In this document: piece by piece, positions 37,986 through 51,765 of the stretch
How positions within the stretch are numbered: position 1 is the first letter of the stretch
How the letters are laid out: each line of letters starts with the position of its first letter
DNA from: Octopus sinensis
Lineage: Eukaryota
Assembly: GCF_006345805.1 (NCBI RefSeq)
Contig: NW_021832432.1
Span: forward strand, 682,001-746,000
Reading direction: 5' to 3'
DNA: 64,000 nucleotides
Made by a program: the position numbers and the translations under genes
Notes under the pieces: generated by a model
Database searches by the model: none
Told to the model about the DNA's origin: nothing
The model's input: the letters and a program-made list of their open reading frames with translations, nothing else

Positions 37986-38990
37986 CTAGCAGAGATAGCC
38001 GGCGTTGCCCGGTTACATTCAATTGAAGAATTAGACTTTTCTGTTATATTTTCTGAATGAACTGGAATAGCTATGTTTCAAATTTCATCAAAATTGCAGA
38101 TGGGGTTTATTTCCCTCTTTACACACCCTAAAAAAATTGTAATCGTGCCACATGGAAACCAAAAGACGAATGATCACAATAAGCAGTCAGTTACCCTACC
38201 CTAGTCGTTACCACTCCCAATGTAGGATTCCTCACCATCCAGGTGACAGGCACAGCCGTAAGATGCATTACGATTCTATAGCAATTGAAAGGGCGTGACC
38301 CAACTGAAATCAACATTAACAACTGTGTGACGTGAGGGCTTAGGAGAAATTAAAGTGTCACCTCTGGAGTTTGCAAATGACCAGTATACTGATACGTAAC
38401 TGGACAGAATGAATTTAAAATCTATAAATGTCTTTGAATAACCAGTCACTCATCTGGGAAGGCCTTGTAATCAATGTTACCATCTGGGGACTATGTGTGA
38501 CCGAGTGATAATAAAAAGACTGAAAGGAGGTCTGCAATCAAGTAACTTTACTCAACACTTTGAAACTGAATCAGTGGAGACAAAGATGCCTCTCAATTTA
38601 TGCACCACATTGCAGAAATCACAATGTAAGTGTATGTCAAAGCAAACTGTTACACTGTTGTACCATTGAATTAGAAATAATGCCCAACTTTTATGCTCGG
38701 GTAACCCTACAGCTTCCAAGAGCACAGCTGTATTCGCTTTTGCTTAGATAAAATGACAAAATTGTGGGTGTTAAGTCCCCATGGAGGGGTCTTTCTAACT
38801 TTGTAAGAAGATGAAATTTTATAAATATCACTTCATTTTTGTCTAATATCTATGGTTAAAATTTCATCAACAGCAAAAATATATGAATTGTCATGGGGGT
38901 TATGGCCCTTATGCATAGAATATAATTTCCAAATTTCATAAAGATCCATTCAGTACTTTTGATCTAGTTTTGGATCATAAAAGAATTACT
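37986..38990 (-). mobile_element. Non-autonomous Helitron with intact 3' end
   Basis: Sense 3' end CCGGGCAACGCCGG hairpin followed by ...CTAG|T; 5' end lost in (TA)n. Confidence 0.75.
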
Positions 38991-38991
38991 A

Positions 38992-39022
<31 letters not shown>

Positions 39023-39023
39023 A

Positions 39024-39062
<39 letters not shown>

Positions 39063-39105
39063 TATATATATATATAGATAGATATAGATATAGATATAGA
39101 TATAG

Positions 39106-39139
<34 letters not shown>

Positions 39140-39142
<3 letters not shown>

Positions 39143-40975
39143 TGTAGCCTGACCCATGATGTTGGTCTTCTTGAGGCTGATAAATAAGCCAAAGTTGCGA
39201 CATGCTTGCTCAAAACAGATGATGAGCCTTTGTAGGGCTTCTTCTGTGTGTGATACCAGAGCGGCACCATCAGCAAATAGCATCTCCTTGATCAGGACGC
39301 TTCTGATTTTGGTCTTGGCACGCAGACGCGAGAGATTGAACAGTTTCCCATCACTTCTACTGTGCAGAAACACTCCATCATCTGATGTCACAAAGGCATG
39401 TGACAGCAGCAGCGAGAAGAAGATGCCAAATAATGTAGGAGCAAGGACACAACCTTGCTTTACCCCATTTTTTATTTGGAAGGCGGCTGATGTTGAACCA
39501 TTGTGCTGTATGGTGCCTTGCATATCATCATGGAAAGATGTGATGATCCTCAGCAGCTTTGGTGGACATCCGATATTTTGGATCAGGATGAAGAGGTCTT
39601 TTCTACTTACCAAGTCAAAGGCCTTTGTCAGATCAATGAAGGCCATATATAATGGCATTTTCTGCTCTCTGGACTTCTCCTGAAGTTGGCGTATGGAGAA
39701 TATCATGTCAATAGTTGATCTGCTTCTTCTAAAGCCACACTGCGATTCTGGATAAATTCGAGAAGCAAGCAGTTGCAGCTTGGACAGGATAATGCGAGCA
39801 GAGGCCTTTCCAACAGTGCTTAGAAGAGATATTCCACGGTAATTGTTACAATCACCATAGTCACCTTTGTTTTTTTAAAGCGTAATGATGTTAGCATCCC
39901 GCATATCCCTATTCCCAGCACTGACACAGAAGCTCAGAAATTTGCCGAAGCAGGATGGTGTTTTTGCCGGTTTTGATGATCTCTAAGGGGATGCCGTCTT
40001 TTCCCGGAGCCTTGTTACTTGCTAGGGAGTCAATAGCCTTGGTGAGCTCTGCTATAGATGGCAGACTGTCAAGTTCACACATGACTGGCAAGATCTTGAC
40101 ACCCTCGATTGCAGCCTCAGCTACCGTGGACTCTCGTGAGTAGAGATCCTGGTAGTACTCCACCCATCTATCCATTTGCTTGCTTTGGTCCTTGATGAGA
40201 TCTCCAGTAGTTGATTTCAGAGGGTCTGACTTGGTTGCGGATGGACCGAGGGCCTTCTTAAAACCGGCATACATCCCACGGGTGTCCCCACTGTCAGCAG
40301 CTGACTGGATACTCTGACAGTTTCCTGCCAATACTTATTTGCACAGCGTCTGACAGTCAGTTGGGTTTTATTTCTTGCCTTTCTGAGTTCTTCGAGTGAC
40401 TTTATAGAAGAATCACTCTAGTATTACATCAGAGCTGCACGCTTTGTTTCGATAACTGTTTCCAGCTCTGAGAGCCCAGCACTGAAAAAAATCTGGGTTT
40501 TGCCTTTCTCTCATGCCGAAAGTATCTATTGATGTGGTATACAAAGCTTCCCTGATATAATTCCACCAACTTTCAGCAGAGGTGGTTGGGCAGCTACTGA
40601 GGGCAACTTTGATAGTAACAGCAAAACATTGTCGCAGTGTAGGGTCGGAGGTTCTGGCAGTGTTAATGCGTGGTTGGCCCATTTTCTTGGATTGATGGAC
40701 TTTTTAGGCAGAATCCTCACCCTGCTTCTTATTAGTGAATGATCTGTGTCACAATCCGCGCTGTGGTAACTACGAGTCAGTTGAATAGAATTCAGAAAGG
40801 GTCTTCGTGTAATGATGAGATCCAGCTGATGCCAGTGGTGAGATCTTGGATATCTCCAAGATGCCTTGTGGGATGTCTTGTTGGCAAAGAATGTGTTAGT
40901 GATGCACAGGTTATGGTATGTGCAAAATTCAAGTAGTCTCTGGCCATTGTCATTTATGTTGTCAATACCAAAACA
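39140..40975 (-). mobile_element. RTE-BovB-like LINE internal fragment (APE and RT), degenerate
   Basis: NDNGQRLLEFC...HWHQLDLIITRR...SADCDTDHSL (APE); KAPGKDGIP; FIDLTKAFD, GVKQGCVLAPTLF, LFADG (RT; catalytic DD mutated). Confidence 0.93.
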
Positions 40976-41074
40976 CATACACTTACATATATACATACAT
41001 ATATATATACGATCGATTTGTTTCAGTTCCTGTCTGCGAAATCCATATATATATATATATATCCATATATATAT

Positions 41075-41142
<68 letters not shown>

Positions 41143-41747
41143 TATATATATATACATACATACATATATGCATACACACACATACATACATATATATTTG
41201 GAATTTACAAAAGAAACGAACAAAAGACGAAGACGGGTGTGTAAACAGCAAACAGGTTTATTAGTTTAACGCTCCGGACTTAGGAAAATTTATATAGAGA
41301 GTACTACTAATTTTAAAGTTAGATATAGGGGACACAAGAATTCATTTATTCACCCCTATATAAAAAATTACAGACATTTTAGTATGTTGTAAGCATAAAT
41401 ATTTAGCGTCTTATCATTTTCTTAAACTTTAAAATATAATTTTTTAGAATATAAGAGCTTTTTGAAAATACGGTCCAATTAGATCATTAGATCCAATGAA
41501 CACTTATGCACAAACCTGTAATCTTAAATTATTTTTTTATAGTAGAGAGTGGAATATTCCCATTAGCTATTATTTGCATGATTAACTAAAGTTAACCTTT
41601 CAATGAATTTCATTTCTTATTTAAACGTGGTAATCCTCTTGAAAATCTGTCACTTATTCATCGATACTCAAAAACCGAACTGTCACCAACTGAATACTCA
41701 CCATGTAGTGCCTTAATGCTCTTTGCTGGATTTTACCTTGAGAAAGG

Positions 41748-41815
41748 AACCCTGAGGAAGGAGGGCTGAATTTCGAATACTTCGTACAACCACTTTTCTG
41801 AAACGGCTGCAGGTT
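41748..41815 (+). ncRNA. Degenerate hammerhead ribozyme in a probable Penelope-like 3' UTR
   Basis: AACC-CTGAGGA-stem II-TGAAAC-GGCT-GC-A-GGTT; U16.1 replaced by C. Confidence 0.55.
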
Positions 41816-41896
41816 AGGAAAAAAATTTTAATCGCCTCTTTCAATTTAGGTTTTTATTTTTCATGTTTATATTCGTATTTCACTGTTATGTTTATA

Positions 41897-42479
41897 TTGG
41901 GTTGTCCGGAAAGTTCGTTCCGATTTTTAAAGGAAAGTAATGGTCACTAAATACTTGCCATTACATTTTTAATGAACCAAATCTGAACCATTTCGTTGCA
42001 CAATACGTCTCCATCTTTCCTTTACCTTGAAAATACCCTCTTCCCAGAATTGGGGTGGTTTCAAGGCAAAGAATTCGTCAAGGTATCTTTTTACATAATA
42101 TTATCTTTTTACATATCTAAGGAATTGAAATTTTTACCATTATGACTTTTCTACAGAGACCTGAATAAGTGGATATCCGAAGGAGCAATATCTGGGGAAT
42201 AGGGAGGGTGGGGGTAACACATCCCAGCCGAGCTGCAGCAATTTTTGTCTGGTTCTCAAAACATCAAGTGCCGAAAATTAACTTTCTCATCTTTTATTTT
42301 AAAGGGTTACAGAATTAACACAGGTTATAGGAATATAAACCTTATTCCACGAAAAGATAGCTTAAACTGTGCTCTAAATGGAGGTGTAGTCAAATCCTAT
42401 TTTATAGACTCAAACATGTTCTAAAATAAGTCGAAAGATAAGCTACTATAAATCGGCATGAACTTTCCGGACAACCCAA
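41897..42479 (-). mobile_element. Internally deleted mariner (cecropia/mellifera-like)
   Basis: TIR TTGGGTTGTCCGGAAAGTTC at both ends; retains a WDVLPHPPYSPDIAPSD-like C-terminal segment. Confidence 0.88.
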
Positions 42480-42726
42480 TTATTCTATATTTTTATCATG
42501 AAACTCTTAACATAAATATGTGTATATTCGTATGGAATAATACCTCATGTGCTACATCTGAATTTTCTTGTCTGAATGTTTTAAGACAAATATCCGAAAT
42601 TTTTATTGTATATCACATTTTATTAATACTTAGCTCATATACGGAGACAAAAATGTTGTACTATATACTGCAGGTTATCTCCATTAAAATTCTCGTATAA
42701 TATACATTATATATATATAATATACA

Positions 42727-43453
42727 TACTGGCGAAAATAAATTTAAGACCGATGATAAGAGTTCTATTTCTTACAAAATATTCTGTTACTAGTCCTTTG
42801 CCGATCTTTATATTGACCAGTCTCCGAGTATAACTTCCACGCTCGCACGTAAGCTGGTTTACTGCACTTTAGTTGCTTGCTGATGTTCGAAAAGGAAACT
42901 TTTTGCTGTAATATACTATTTTTGCTCTCGTGACTGGACTAAGGCTACGTTGTTTTCCCATTATTAATAAATTGTATAATAACATTAAATTATAACTTTA
43001 TATGGTGCATTTAGGCTCGTTGTGTGACCACCCATTTTGGCCAAAAAAATTGCATACATATTACATGGTCTTAAACTAATTTTGCCGGTAAATTTGAAAC
43101 GTTTATATTACGTTCTGAGTTCAAATTCCGCCGAGGTCGACTTTGCCTTTCATCCTTTCGGGGTCGATAAATTAAGTACCAGTGACGCACTGGGGTCGAT
43201 GTAATCGACTTAATCCGTTTGTCTGTCCTTGTTTGTCCCTTCTATGTTTAGCCCCTTGTGGGCAGTAAAGAAATATATATTAATTTAGCATTAGAATTCT
43301 TCAAGTTGTATAAAAATTGTTTGCATCATTCGAAAGAGAAATAAATTTTGCATAAGGTGTAAAAGATATAGATAATGTGTATGGTGTTAGTAACAAAATA
43401 TTTTGTAAGAAATAGAACTTTTATCGTCGGTCTTAAATATATTTTCGCCGGTG
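42727..43453. mobile_element. Tc1/mariner-type MITE with ~65-bp TIRs, containing a SINE-A at 43110-43273
   Basis: TACTGGCGAAAATAAATTTAAGACCGATGATAAGAGTTCTATTTCTTACAAAATA and its reverse complement at ~43390-43453; TA on the right. Confidence 0.82.
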
Positions 43454-43461
43454 TATATATC

Positions 43462-44619
43462 TCAGGTCATCCCATAAGTTCTGTCCGAATTTTGGATAAA
43501 GAATCCAAGTAATCAAATGTTATATGTAATTGAAAGTTAATCATCAATGTACTTTCCCTGATTATCTATGACTTTCTTCCATCTATTTACAAGCTTTTTA
43601 ATCCCATCAATGTTAAACTCTTTTGCTTTCAAAGCGAAGAACTCTGAAACGTCAGTTTCGACTTCCTCCTGGCTTGCGAAAGTTATGCTTCCCAAATGAT
43701 TCTGTAAATTACAAAACAAATGGTAGTCTAAAGGAGCAAGGTTGGGAGAATTATGTGGATGAGGAATTTTTTCCCAACCAAGCCCTTCTATCTTCTGTGA
43801 TGTGATCTTTGCAGTGTGGGGTCGCGCATTGTCCTGATGAAACATCACTTCTTTTCGATTCACTAAAGCGGGTCTTTTTTCTTCAAAGCTTGGTTCAAAC
43901 GCGCTAATCGCTGACAGTAGACATAAGCAATGATTGTGGCATTAGGTGGTAACAATTCAAAGTGAATTACTCCTTTACAATCCTACCAGATAGAGAAAAG
44001 AACCTTTTTTCCATGAAGTTCCCTGCTCGGTTGTGGTTGAGCTTTTTCCCTTTTACCAAGCCACTGTTTACGACGTTTAACATTTTGATAAAAGATCCAA
44101 GTTTCGTCACCAGTCACAAGTTGTTGAAGATAACGATGAAAAGTTGTATGGTTTGAACTAAGCTTTATTGCCAATTCTTCAACTGATAATGCAGGATTTT
44201 CTTCAAGTAATGCCCCAAGGAGCTTATTATCAAACTCGACTGGACGTCCTGTTCGATCTTCATCTTCGAGTCTGAAATCTCCACTTCTGAAATTTGCAAA
44301 CCATCTGCAAGTTCTTTCATTCAAGCATTCTTTCCTATAAACTGAGTATATGTTTCGAGTCGCTTCGGCAACAGAGTTCCTTTTTTTGTACTCATAAAGC
44401 ATTATGAGCCTCAAATTCTCTGTGGATACTTCTATGTTAGAAAGGGTTTTAATCAAAGAAATTTTAATTCTATTATTCTGTAAAATGATATTTAATTAGT
44501 TTAAATGTACACAAATGCATAAAAATAATTTTAAATTCCATTAGATATTCTAAAATACTATTAAATTTCATTCAGTTTCAAAAAAGGTAAAATCGGGCAG
44601 AACTTATGGGATGACCTGA
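43462..44619 (-). mobile_element. Mariner (DD34D), degenerate, with an in-frame internal deletion
   Basis: TIR TCAGGTCATCCCATAAGTTCTG at both ends; ORFs 43983-44456 (VTGDETW; WVPHEL region missing) and 43537-43863 (HQDNARPH, SPNLAPLDYHLF). Confidence 0.93.
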
Positions 44620-44962
44620 TATTTATATATTATATTATATTATATCATAAAATAAGCAAGATATTTTAAACTTTTAAAAATAAACATACGTTATATATTT
44701 ATACATCTATCTATTAATATGATTTTATTAATATAATATAATATTATATAATAATATATTATATTAATATAATATAATATTATTTTCGACGTATATCTTC
44801 AGTGATGATTTTTTGATCCAATTTTCCCGCTCTTATTTTATGATATAATATACATTCGCTCATATTAAATGTCTAAATACCTTTAATGTTTTAGACATTC
44901 CCTACCAAGAACACTTACAAGAAATTCAGTATATTGTATTCTCATAGAATATATTTGATTAA

Positions 44963-44996
<34 letters not shown>

Positions 44997-45127
44997 GTGG
45001 CTAATTCGCAATTTTACAACCTAAAGTCAGAAATATGTACGTCACTAAAGTGAACAAGGGCACAAATTAGCTCCAGTATTTCTAGCAATACTGGTGCTGA
45101 TTAGCGTCTTTGTTCACTTTAGTGACG

Positions 45128-45190
<63 letters not shown>

Positions 45191-45218
45191 TTTATATGTA
45201 TGCATGTATGTATTTATG

Positions 45219-45269
<51 letters not shown>

Positions 45270-45273
<4 letters not shown>

Positions 45274-45470
45274 TTCAGCTATGTAACAGCTGTTGCCATG
45301 CTGTTGACGATTTCGTTTCCTTTTTGGGACTTTCCCCTTTCTCCCTTCCGACGAAGAGCTATGCTCGAAACATCAAAAAGTCTCTATTTTTACTTAGCGT
45401 CAAACATTCCTTGTGAACATCCTCTTGTCTGTTTTGTTAATTTTATTGTTCATTTCTTTGATTGGACATG
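45270..45470 (+). mobile_element. Penelope-like terminal repeat fragment with a degenerate minimal hammerhead
   Basis: CCGACGA-A-GAGC[TAT]GCTC-GAAAC-ATC at 45348-45374; related termini at ~12545-12660 and ~41200-41280. Confidence 0.55.
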
Positions 45471-45474
45471 AATA

Positions 45475-46290
45475 TATGGTTCACTAAAGAACATCCCGAC
45501 AGCACTGGATTCCTATCGCTGCTCGGCTTCCAATTGAAAAGAACGGAAAACGAGAGATCCGTACCGAGTTCTACAGGAAAGCAGCTAGTAGAGATATGCT
45601 TGTTCATTTCAATTCAGCCCTTCCACTCGGTGCCAAAATAGGATGTGCCATAAATGAAGTTACACGCATCCAGAGCAAGTGCGTGCAGCAGGACAGTGTA
45701 CAGAGCACACCACACGCTTCCTAGAGGTATTGAAAAATCAACGGGTATCCTAAATCCACTGTGAATAGGCTTAAGTACCCGAGACGACAAACACGCCAAA
45801 TACACAGAAAACCCAGCAGCACATGCTTCCTTGAAATATCCCTTTTTAGCGAGAGGATAACTACAGCCATCTGAAGAGCCATAAAAAGAAAAGGATTAGA
45901 CATACAACTAGCTCACTCTGGCCCCACTCTGAGAAGACACCTAGAAAAGAAACGATCAAGGGATAGCAATCAGTGCAGACTAGCTAACTGCCCCGTCCAT
46001 GCAACAGATTTATACCAACTGGTACATGTTGAATATCGAATCCAATGTAACAGATGTAACAATTTCTACATGGGTAGCACAAGACCATAACACATTCGCA
46101 TCAAACAGCATCTAAACACACGAGCCTCCTCCTTCAGAAAACACTTGGACAGATGCTGGAACACGGACAAAAACAAAGCCATTACAATTCAGGCCAATTA
46201 CAGAAAATTAGGGAATTTATGAATTAAAGAGGCTATCCTCATAGGCAGACTAGGGCTCCAGATTAACAACAGCTTGGAAATTAGCATTCA
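45475..46290 (+). mobile_element. Penelope-like element: RT thumb and GIY-YIG endonuclease, degenerate
   Basis: TEFYRKAASRDMLVHFNSALP; VEYRIQCNRCNNFYMGST...HIRIKQH...IKEAILI. Confidence 0.82.
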
Positions 46291-47099
46291 CTATCTTATT
46301 TAGCAACATCGTCACTCTGCACGCACGATGGTAACATGCTCTTATAAGAATACATTACTATAGTCCACTCTGCATTGCTGTACCATTCCAGACACGTTAT
46401 ATTTCATATATATATATGTATGTGTGTGTGTGTAGAGAGAGAGAGAGAGGGAGAGGGAGAGGGAGAGGAAGAGGGAGAGAGAGAGAGAGTCATGCACAAG
46501 CTCTGACTCATGTGTATACTATATGAAAACTGAAAAGCCAATCGTACTTCTAATAACGGCGTCACCTCTACAAATCTACAACCTTCTTTATTAGCAACTA
46601 AAAATGAGGCTTCTGTGTCACTATGACGCAAATCTTTCCCTCCTTAAACGCAGTATTTCTGAAATTTCCTCTTTGCATATGTCTTTTCTGCAGACTAGCT
46701 TTGAAATGTTTAACAGAAACGTTAACCTTATCAATCTCACAGTTCATGGAGAGTTTGCAAAGACAATGGCCACTGTACGTTCTTGTAGACTATATCAATG
46801 AAAAAATTATAAAATAGGTCGCAACATTTGGAAAATATTTTTCATTTAGCAATTAAATAATTCGAATACATATAAAATTTTTGTTTTTAATATGAAACTC
46901 TTCTCGTGAAAACGCTAAGCTGTAACAATTTGTTCTATTTTTGTATGTTCGTATCTCACGGGGATATTTTAGTTAATAATCCAAATGTAGTGTCATGTTC
47001 TTTCAAACTCTAGATATATTTGGATAGTTTTGTTATTATTTTTTCCTTTATATCTCAAAAAGAAAAGTATGTTTGAAACAGCGTAGTTAAATTTATCTT

Positions 47100-48000
47100 T
47101 CAAGTATCTTTGTAATGTTTGCACTTGATATTAAGTTTTAGTTTGATGGAGATCTTTTGTGCTTTATGTATAATCATTTCAGCATTACATGAGTGATTAA
47201 GGGGGCGTCAATTTGTATTTCTGAACAGTTAACTTACATTAATTTATCTGGTTTACATGCTATAAATTTTTTTGTTAGAAGTACAACCGTAACCCTCTTT
47301 GAAATTTTTTCTATTAAATAGTTTTCTATATCGGTAGTTGGCAGGTAAATAGTTACTTATTAAATCTAAGAAGCTTTCAGCTAGATGTGACTTAACGAAA
47401 AACAAGATGTAAATCAGCTGATATTGTGGCATCTTTCTTAGTTTGGGAATGTGGGGTTTAGGAATATATATATCATCGTTGAATCCAGTATCTTCTAGCA
47501 TTTTATTGTAATACGAAGCCACCATATCAAATATTTCTTTATTGGCTGATAGGTTGGAGATCATTCTGATAATATCAATAGGTTTTTGAAACCTGTAGGT
47601 GGATGGCAGGTGTGTATATTTATATATAAACTTGTCATTAAATTGCCTGTGGTTCAGGCTAACAACTAAAAAAAACATATGATACTTAATGCTTTAAATC
47701 CGCGAGTACGCTTTAGCGGGAGCGATTTCGTTTCGCTATACTCCTGGAAGACTCACAAGCGGGCGGCCTCATAGATTTATGTTAAAGGCTCTGTAATTGA
47801 CAGAAACATCGTTATTTTCAGGTGTAGTCAAACAAAATCGCGCTCGTTAAAGTATACTTACGAGTTCAAAGGGTTAAGATATTGGTGAGAGTTATTTTCA
47901 CGCCAAACTTTTTGCTGGAGTCAACAGTAAAATGTTTCTAAAAATATCTCGTGTATGTCTATTCGCGTATAAGCCAATGTTTGTTTTGGTTGATTTCTTA
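47100..48000 (-). mobile_element. Penelope-like fragment interrupted by a MITE
   Basis: ORF 47253-47678: RMISNLSANKEIF...YNKMLEDTGF...FLDLISNYLP...KLFNRKN. Confidence 0.8.
47690..47873. mobile_element. piggyBac-type palindromic MITE
   Basis: TTAA on both sides (47686-47689, 47874-47877); right end AAAGGG|TTAA; imperfect arms of ~60 bp. Confidence 0.7.
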
Positions 48001-48399
48001 CTAAGTACATCTATAGTATATATCTATATATCTAGATATTGTAGATATATATCTATATCTATATACTCTGTATATATATATATATATATACATGTATGCT
48101 AATAAGATGGTACATCTCATCACTATCGAAAGATTCAACGCTGATATTGAATTAGCCCTGGAGCTTGATATTGTAGTTCTAGAATAAATTATCTGAGAAT
48201 AGTTTCATATCAGATGTAATGATGTTTATATCATTATCATCTATATGCTTATACGTTCTACAGCATTCTAGAGCGTCAGTAAGTAGAGATTTAAAATTAA
48301 AGCTGAATTTGGTAATTTAGAGCAGTTGATACTAATGTTATCAAACAAGTTAATGACTGTACTGCAGTTATTCTGCTCTTCGAAATTAGTTGATTTTCT

Positions 48400-48830
48400 A
48401 ATATTAATTTCAAATCTTAGCACGAGGCCAGCAATTTAAATGAAGTGGATAAGTCGAATATATCGACTCCAGTGCTTGATTGGTACTTACTTTATCGACT
48501 CCGAAAGAATGAAAGGCAAAATGGATCTCAGTAGAATTTGAATTCTAAACACTTTGGCCGTTGTACTAACGATTCTGCCTACTCATCGTCTTAGGTGATC
48601 TTCTAACATTATTGTTATTGCTAAGGTGGCGAGCTGGTAGAATCGTTAACATGCCTAGCGAAATGCTTAGCGGCAGCTTACTGTCTTTACGTTCTGAGTT
48701 CAAATTCTGCCGGAGTCTACTTAGCTTTCAAACTTTCGGGGTAGATAAAATAAGTACCAGTCAAGCACTGAGGTCTATGTTATCGACTTACTCCCTTCCT
48801 TGCTGGCCTTGCGCCAAAATTTGAAACCAA
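48400..48830. mobile_element. Head-to-head pair of diverged SINE-A copies
   Basis: Minus copy ~48400-48595, plus copy ~48623-48830. Confidence 0.75.
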
Positions 48831-49599
48831 TATTATTGTTAATGTTTCCTAAGCTTTCTTTATTAATTAATCTGATCTTAATCTTTCTGAGATTTATTAC
48901 TGTAAACCGAACTAGTATTATGGAACTTATGTGTGACATACACTTTACTTTTAACTAAAAATTTTGATTATTGTAATTTAGGTTTATGATCTATAATTTT
49001 TGCCTGAGCATTCATATGTTGTAAGTTAGTTTACTATTTAGTCTGTTTGTTGTATTATTTAGTTTATTATAGGTACGACATTCCACTTCATAAACGTTTT
49101 TAGTTTTTATCAAAGAATATAATTTAAAATTTCTTAATGTTCCTAATATCAGGGTTCAGTTTGTTATGAAAAGCGTTGATGAACTCCTTGTTGACAGGTG
49201 ACTAGTATATCATTGTAACTTTTCATTTTCATTCTATTAATTTAGGAGCGGTGGAAAGATTCAGGTCGAACCGTTGAAGAAAAGTGAGGCGATAATAGGG
49301 TGGAAAAATTATGCAGTTTATACCATTTATTTCCTACGTACGTTTCGTAGGAAAGATGCAGTTTATACCATTTATTTCCTACGTACGTTTCGTTAGTGTG
49401 GTTACTTGCATACTATGCAGTGCGCACCACTTGGCAGCTGGCGTGGTTGCTCAGAGAAGCATTCTGATGGAGGGACGACGTGAACGTACTCATTTAATAA
49501 AACGTTTTCTTCGAATCAGAATAGTTAACATAAACCTACGATGAACAGCAGAATCCAGTGAACAAACAAAACATACAAGGAGTATGTGCCATCAATAAC

Positions 49600-49632
<33 letters not shown>

Positions 49633-49698
49633 GACACGCACATATGTATGTATGCATCCATGTATGTATGTATGTATGTATGCATGTATGTATGCATG

Positions 49699-49758
<60 letters not shown>

Positions 49759-49807
49759 ACTATAATATAATATAACATAACATAATATATATATATATAT
49801 AATATAT

Positions 49808-49852
<45 letters not shown>

Positions 49853-50687
49853 ATATAGCAAATTTAAGATTCAATTGAATTAGGTACTTAAACTGAGGCA
49901 CCTCGTTAGATCGGAATAACACCTGTACTTCTACTGTTACTCATTCATATGTGTTTGTGTGTATGTGTGTGTGTGCGCGTGTGCGTGTGTATATGTGTTT
50001 GTATATATATGTATGCATATATATATGTGTATACGTACATATATATATATATTATATATATATATATGTACATACACATACATGTATGTATGTATATATA
50101 TATATATATGTACATACACATACATGTATGTATATATATATATATATACGTACATACATATTAATATCTCCGTGGATAGGTGATTAATATGTCACTGTAG
50201 ATATTCAATTCTGCTAATTTAGTCAGTTAATAATGGCAATGTCACTAAAGTGTATTGGTTAGTACAGTGACATGCTTTACAGCAGATGCAGCATTCATAT
50301 CGAACAGACGATATTGCAGACTTTTTTTTCTATATGTAATATCTAACAAGCCAAATTTTTAAATAGTTCTAGTTGATTAATTTTTACGAGGAATTTGCGT
50401 GTCTTTATGAAAGAGAGATTCCGCAACAAAGACAGTTGCAGAAGAAAGCGTTCCTGTGCAAACTTTTACCTTCATCTATTTTCTCTAGTTATCATTCCCC
50501 CCATAGTGCTTACAAAAGTTAGCAGAGATATTGTTCGTAGAGTAGCTTCAATTATATAGATCCATAATTAGTCATGAAAAGTTTTCGACTATCTATTATT
50601 CTGCGATATATCATAATTTCAGACGTCATTAACTATGTCTGTGTGATGTCTCGATACAAAACTTAGGCGCGTTAGCAATGTAACATC

Positions 50688-50733
<46 letters not shown>

Positions 50734-50745
50734 CACACCAATATA

Positions 50746-51122
50746 CAGGGTGATTCAAAAGTCGCCATTATATATGAATAATGTATCTTTTTATATGAAA
50801 CAGTGTATAAGAACAGTTTTTTTTTTTTTTTTTAACAGACTCTGTATGGTTACCATTGTTTTGAATACACATTGCAATACGTTTACCCCACTCATTGTAA
50901 ACTCCTGATAGCACATCTGGTGATACATATGCAAATGAGTTGGTGATGCGTTCATTCAAATGATTTATGTCTTTTGTCTTATCCGCGATACACCATGCCT
51001 TTCAAATGCCCCTAAAGATAGAAATCAAGAAGGGTCAGATCAGGGGATTTATGGAATCTTATAAACTGTTTCTTATTAAAAAATAAAATTTTCCTATGTA
51101 TGAAGACATTTGAATCACCCTG
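50746..51122 (-). mobile_element. Deletion derivative of a Tc1/mariner (CAGGGTG-TIR, Tc3/maT-like) transposon
   Basis: TA|CAGGGTGATTCAAA...TTTGAATCACCCTG|TA; retains PDLTLLDFY...RIAMCIQNNGNH. Confidence 0.88.
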
Positions 51123-51179
51123 TATATATGCTTACATATTTATGAAGACACACAAACACACAACACACACACACCTCTA

Positions 51180-51470
51180 TATCTTCTTCTTAATACTTTT
51201 TGCCCCTTGTGGAGCATAGGGCCTCAACAGTTGTTTTCCAATTTTTCGGTCATTGGCGTGTTCCTTGACTGGTGGTCCTGAGCTCATCCAAAATGCTCCA
51301 CTTCCATGTCTGCTTCGGGTGTCCTCGCTTCCTTTTCCCCTGCGGGTTCCAGTCAAGTGTTTGTCGTGTCACATTTGAGGGTTCTTTACGCAGTGTGTGA
51401 ACGATCCATCTCCATTTCCTTCGTCTAATCTGAACATGTATGGACTCCTGGTTGGCCCTTTCCCACAGGA
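51180..51470 (-). mobile_element. 3' end of an RTE-clade LINE
   Basis: LDWNPQGKRKRGHPKQTW; tail CCCTATGCTCCACAAGGGG followed by (GAA)n. Confidence 0.8.
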
Positions 51471-51677
51471 CATATAAACGTATACATATATATATATTAC
51501 ATGTTTCGATAAATATGCATATATATATATATATATATATATATGTAAGTTCAGCAAAATTTAGATTCAGATGAATATGGTACTTAGGTTAAGGCACCAG
51601 AATTTGGTATGGTATTATCCATATAAATAAATGGGGATGATTATAATCAAAATAAGCAACAAAGATATCCAAGGTAG

Positions 51678-51765
51678 TGTAGTACAATCGTTTCAATGCT
51701 ACTTCATTTTATTAAACAATGTAAGTATTACATCAGTTTAAAATGTAAAGCACTCTTCAGCCACA
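51678..51765 (-). ncRNA. Hammerhead ribozyme with long stem II in a Penelope-like terminal repeat
   Basis: Sense TGTGG-CTGAAGA-GTGCT...AGCAT-T-GAAAC-GATT-GT-A-CTACA; cleavage triplet GUA. Confidence 0.7.

Noticed and set aside
39011-39706. 231-aa RT ORF as a functional or novel reverse transcriptase
   Set aside because: The catalytic motif reads FADG, the ORF runs into a microsatellite and upstream frames are broken; a standard RTE relic.
43537-44456. Possible SETMAR-like domesticated transposase gene
   Set aside because: Flanked by TIRs, frameshifted, internally deleted and without a SET domain; an ordinary dead mariner.
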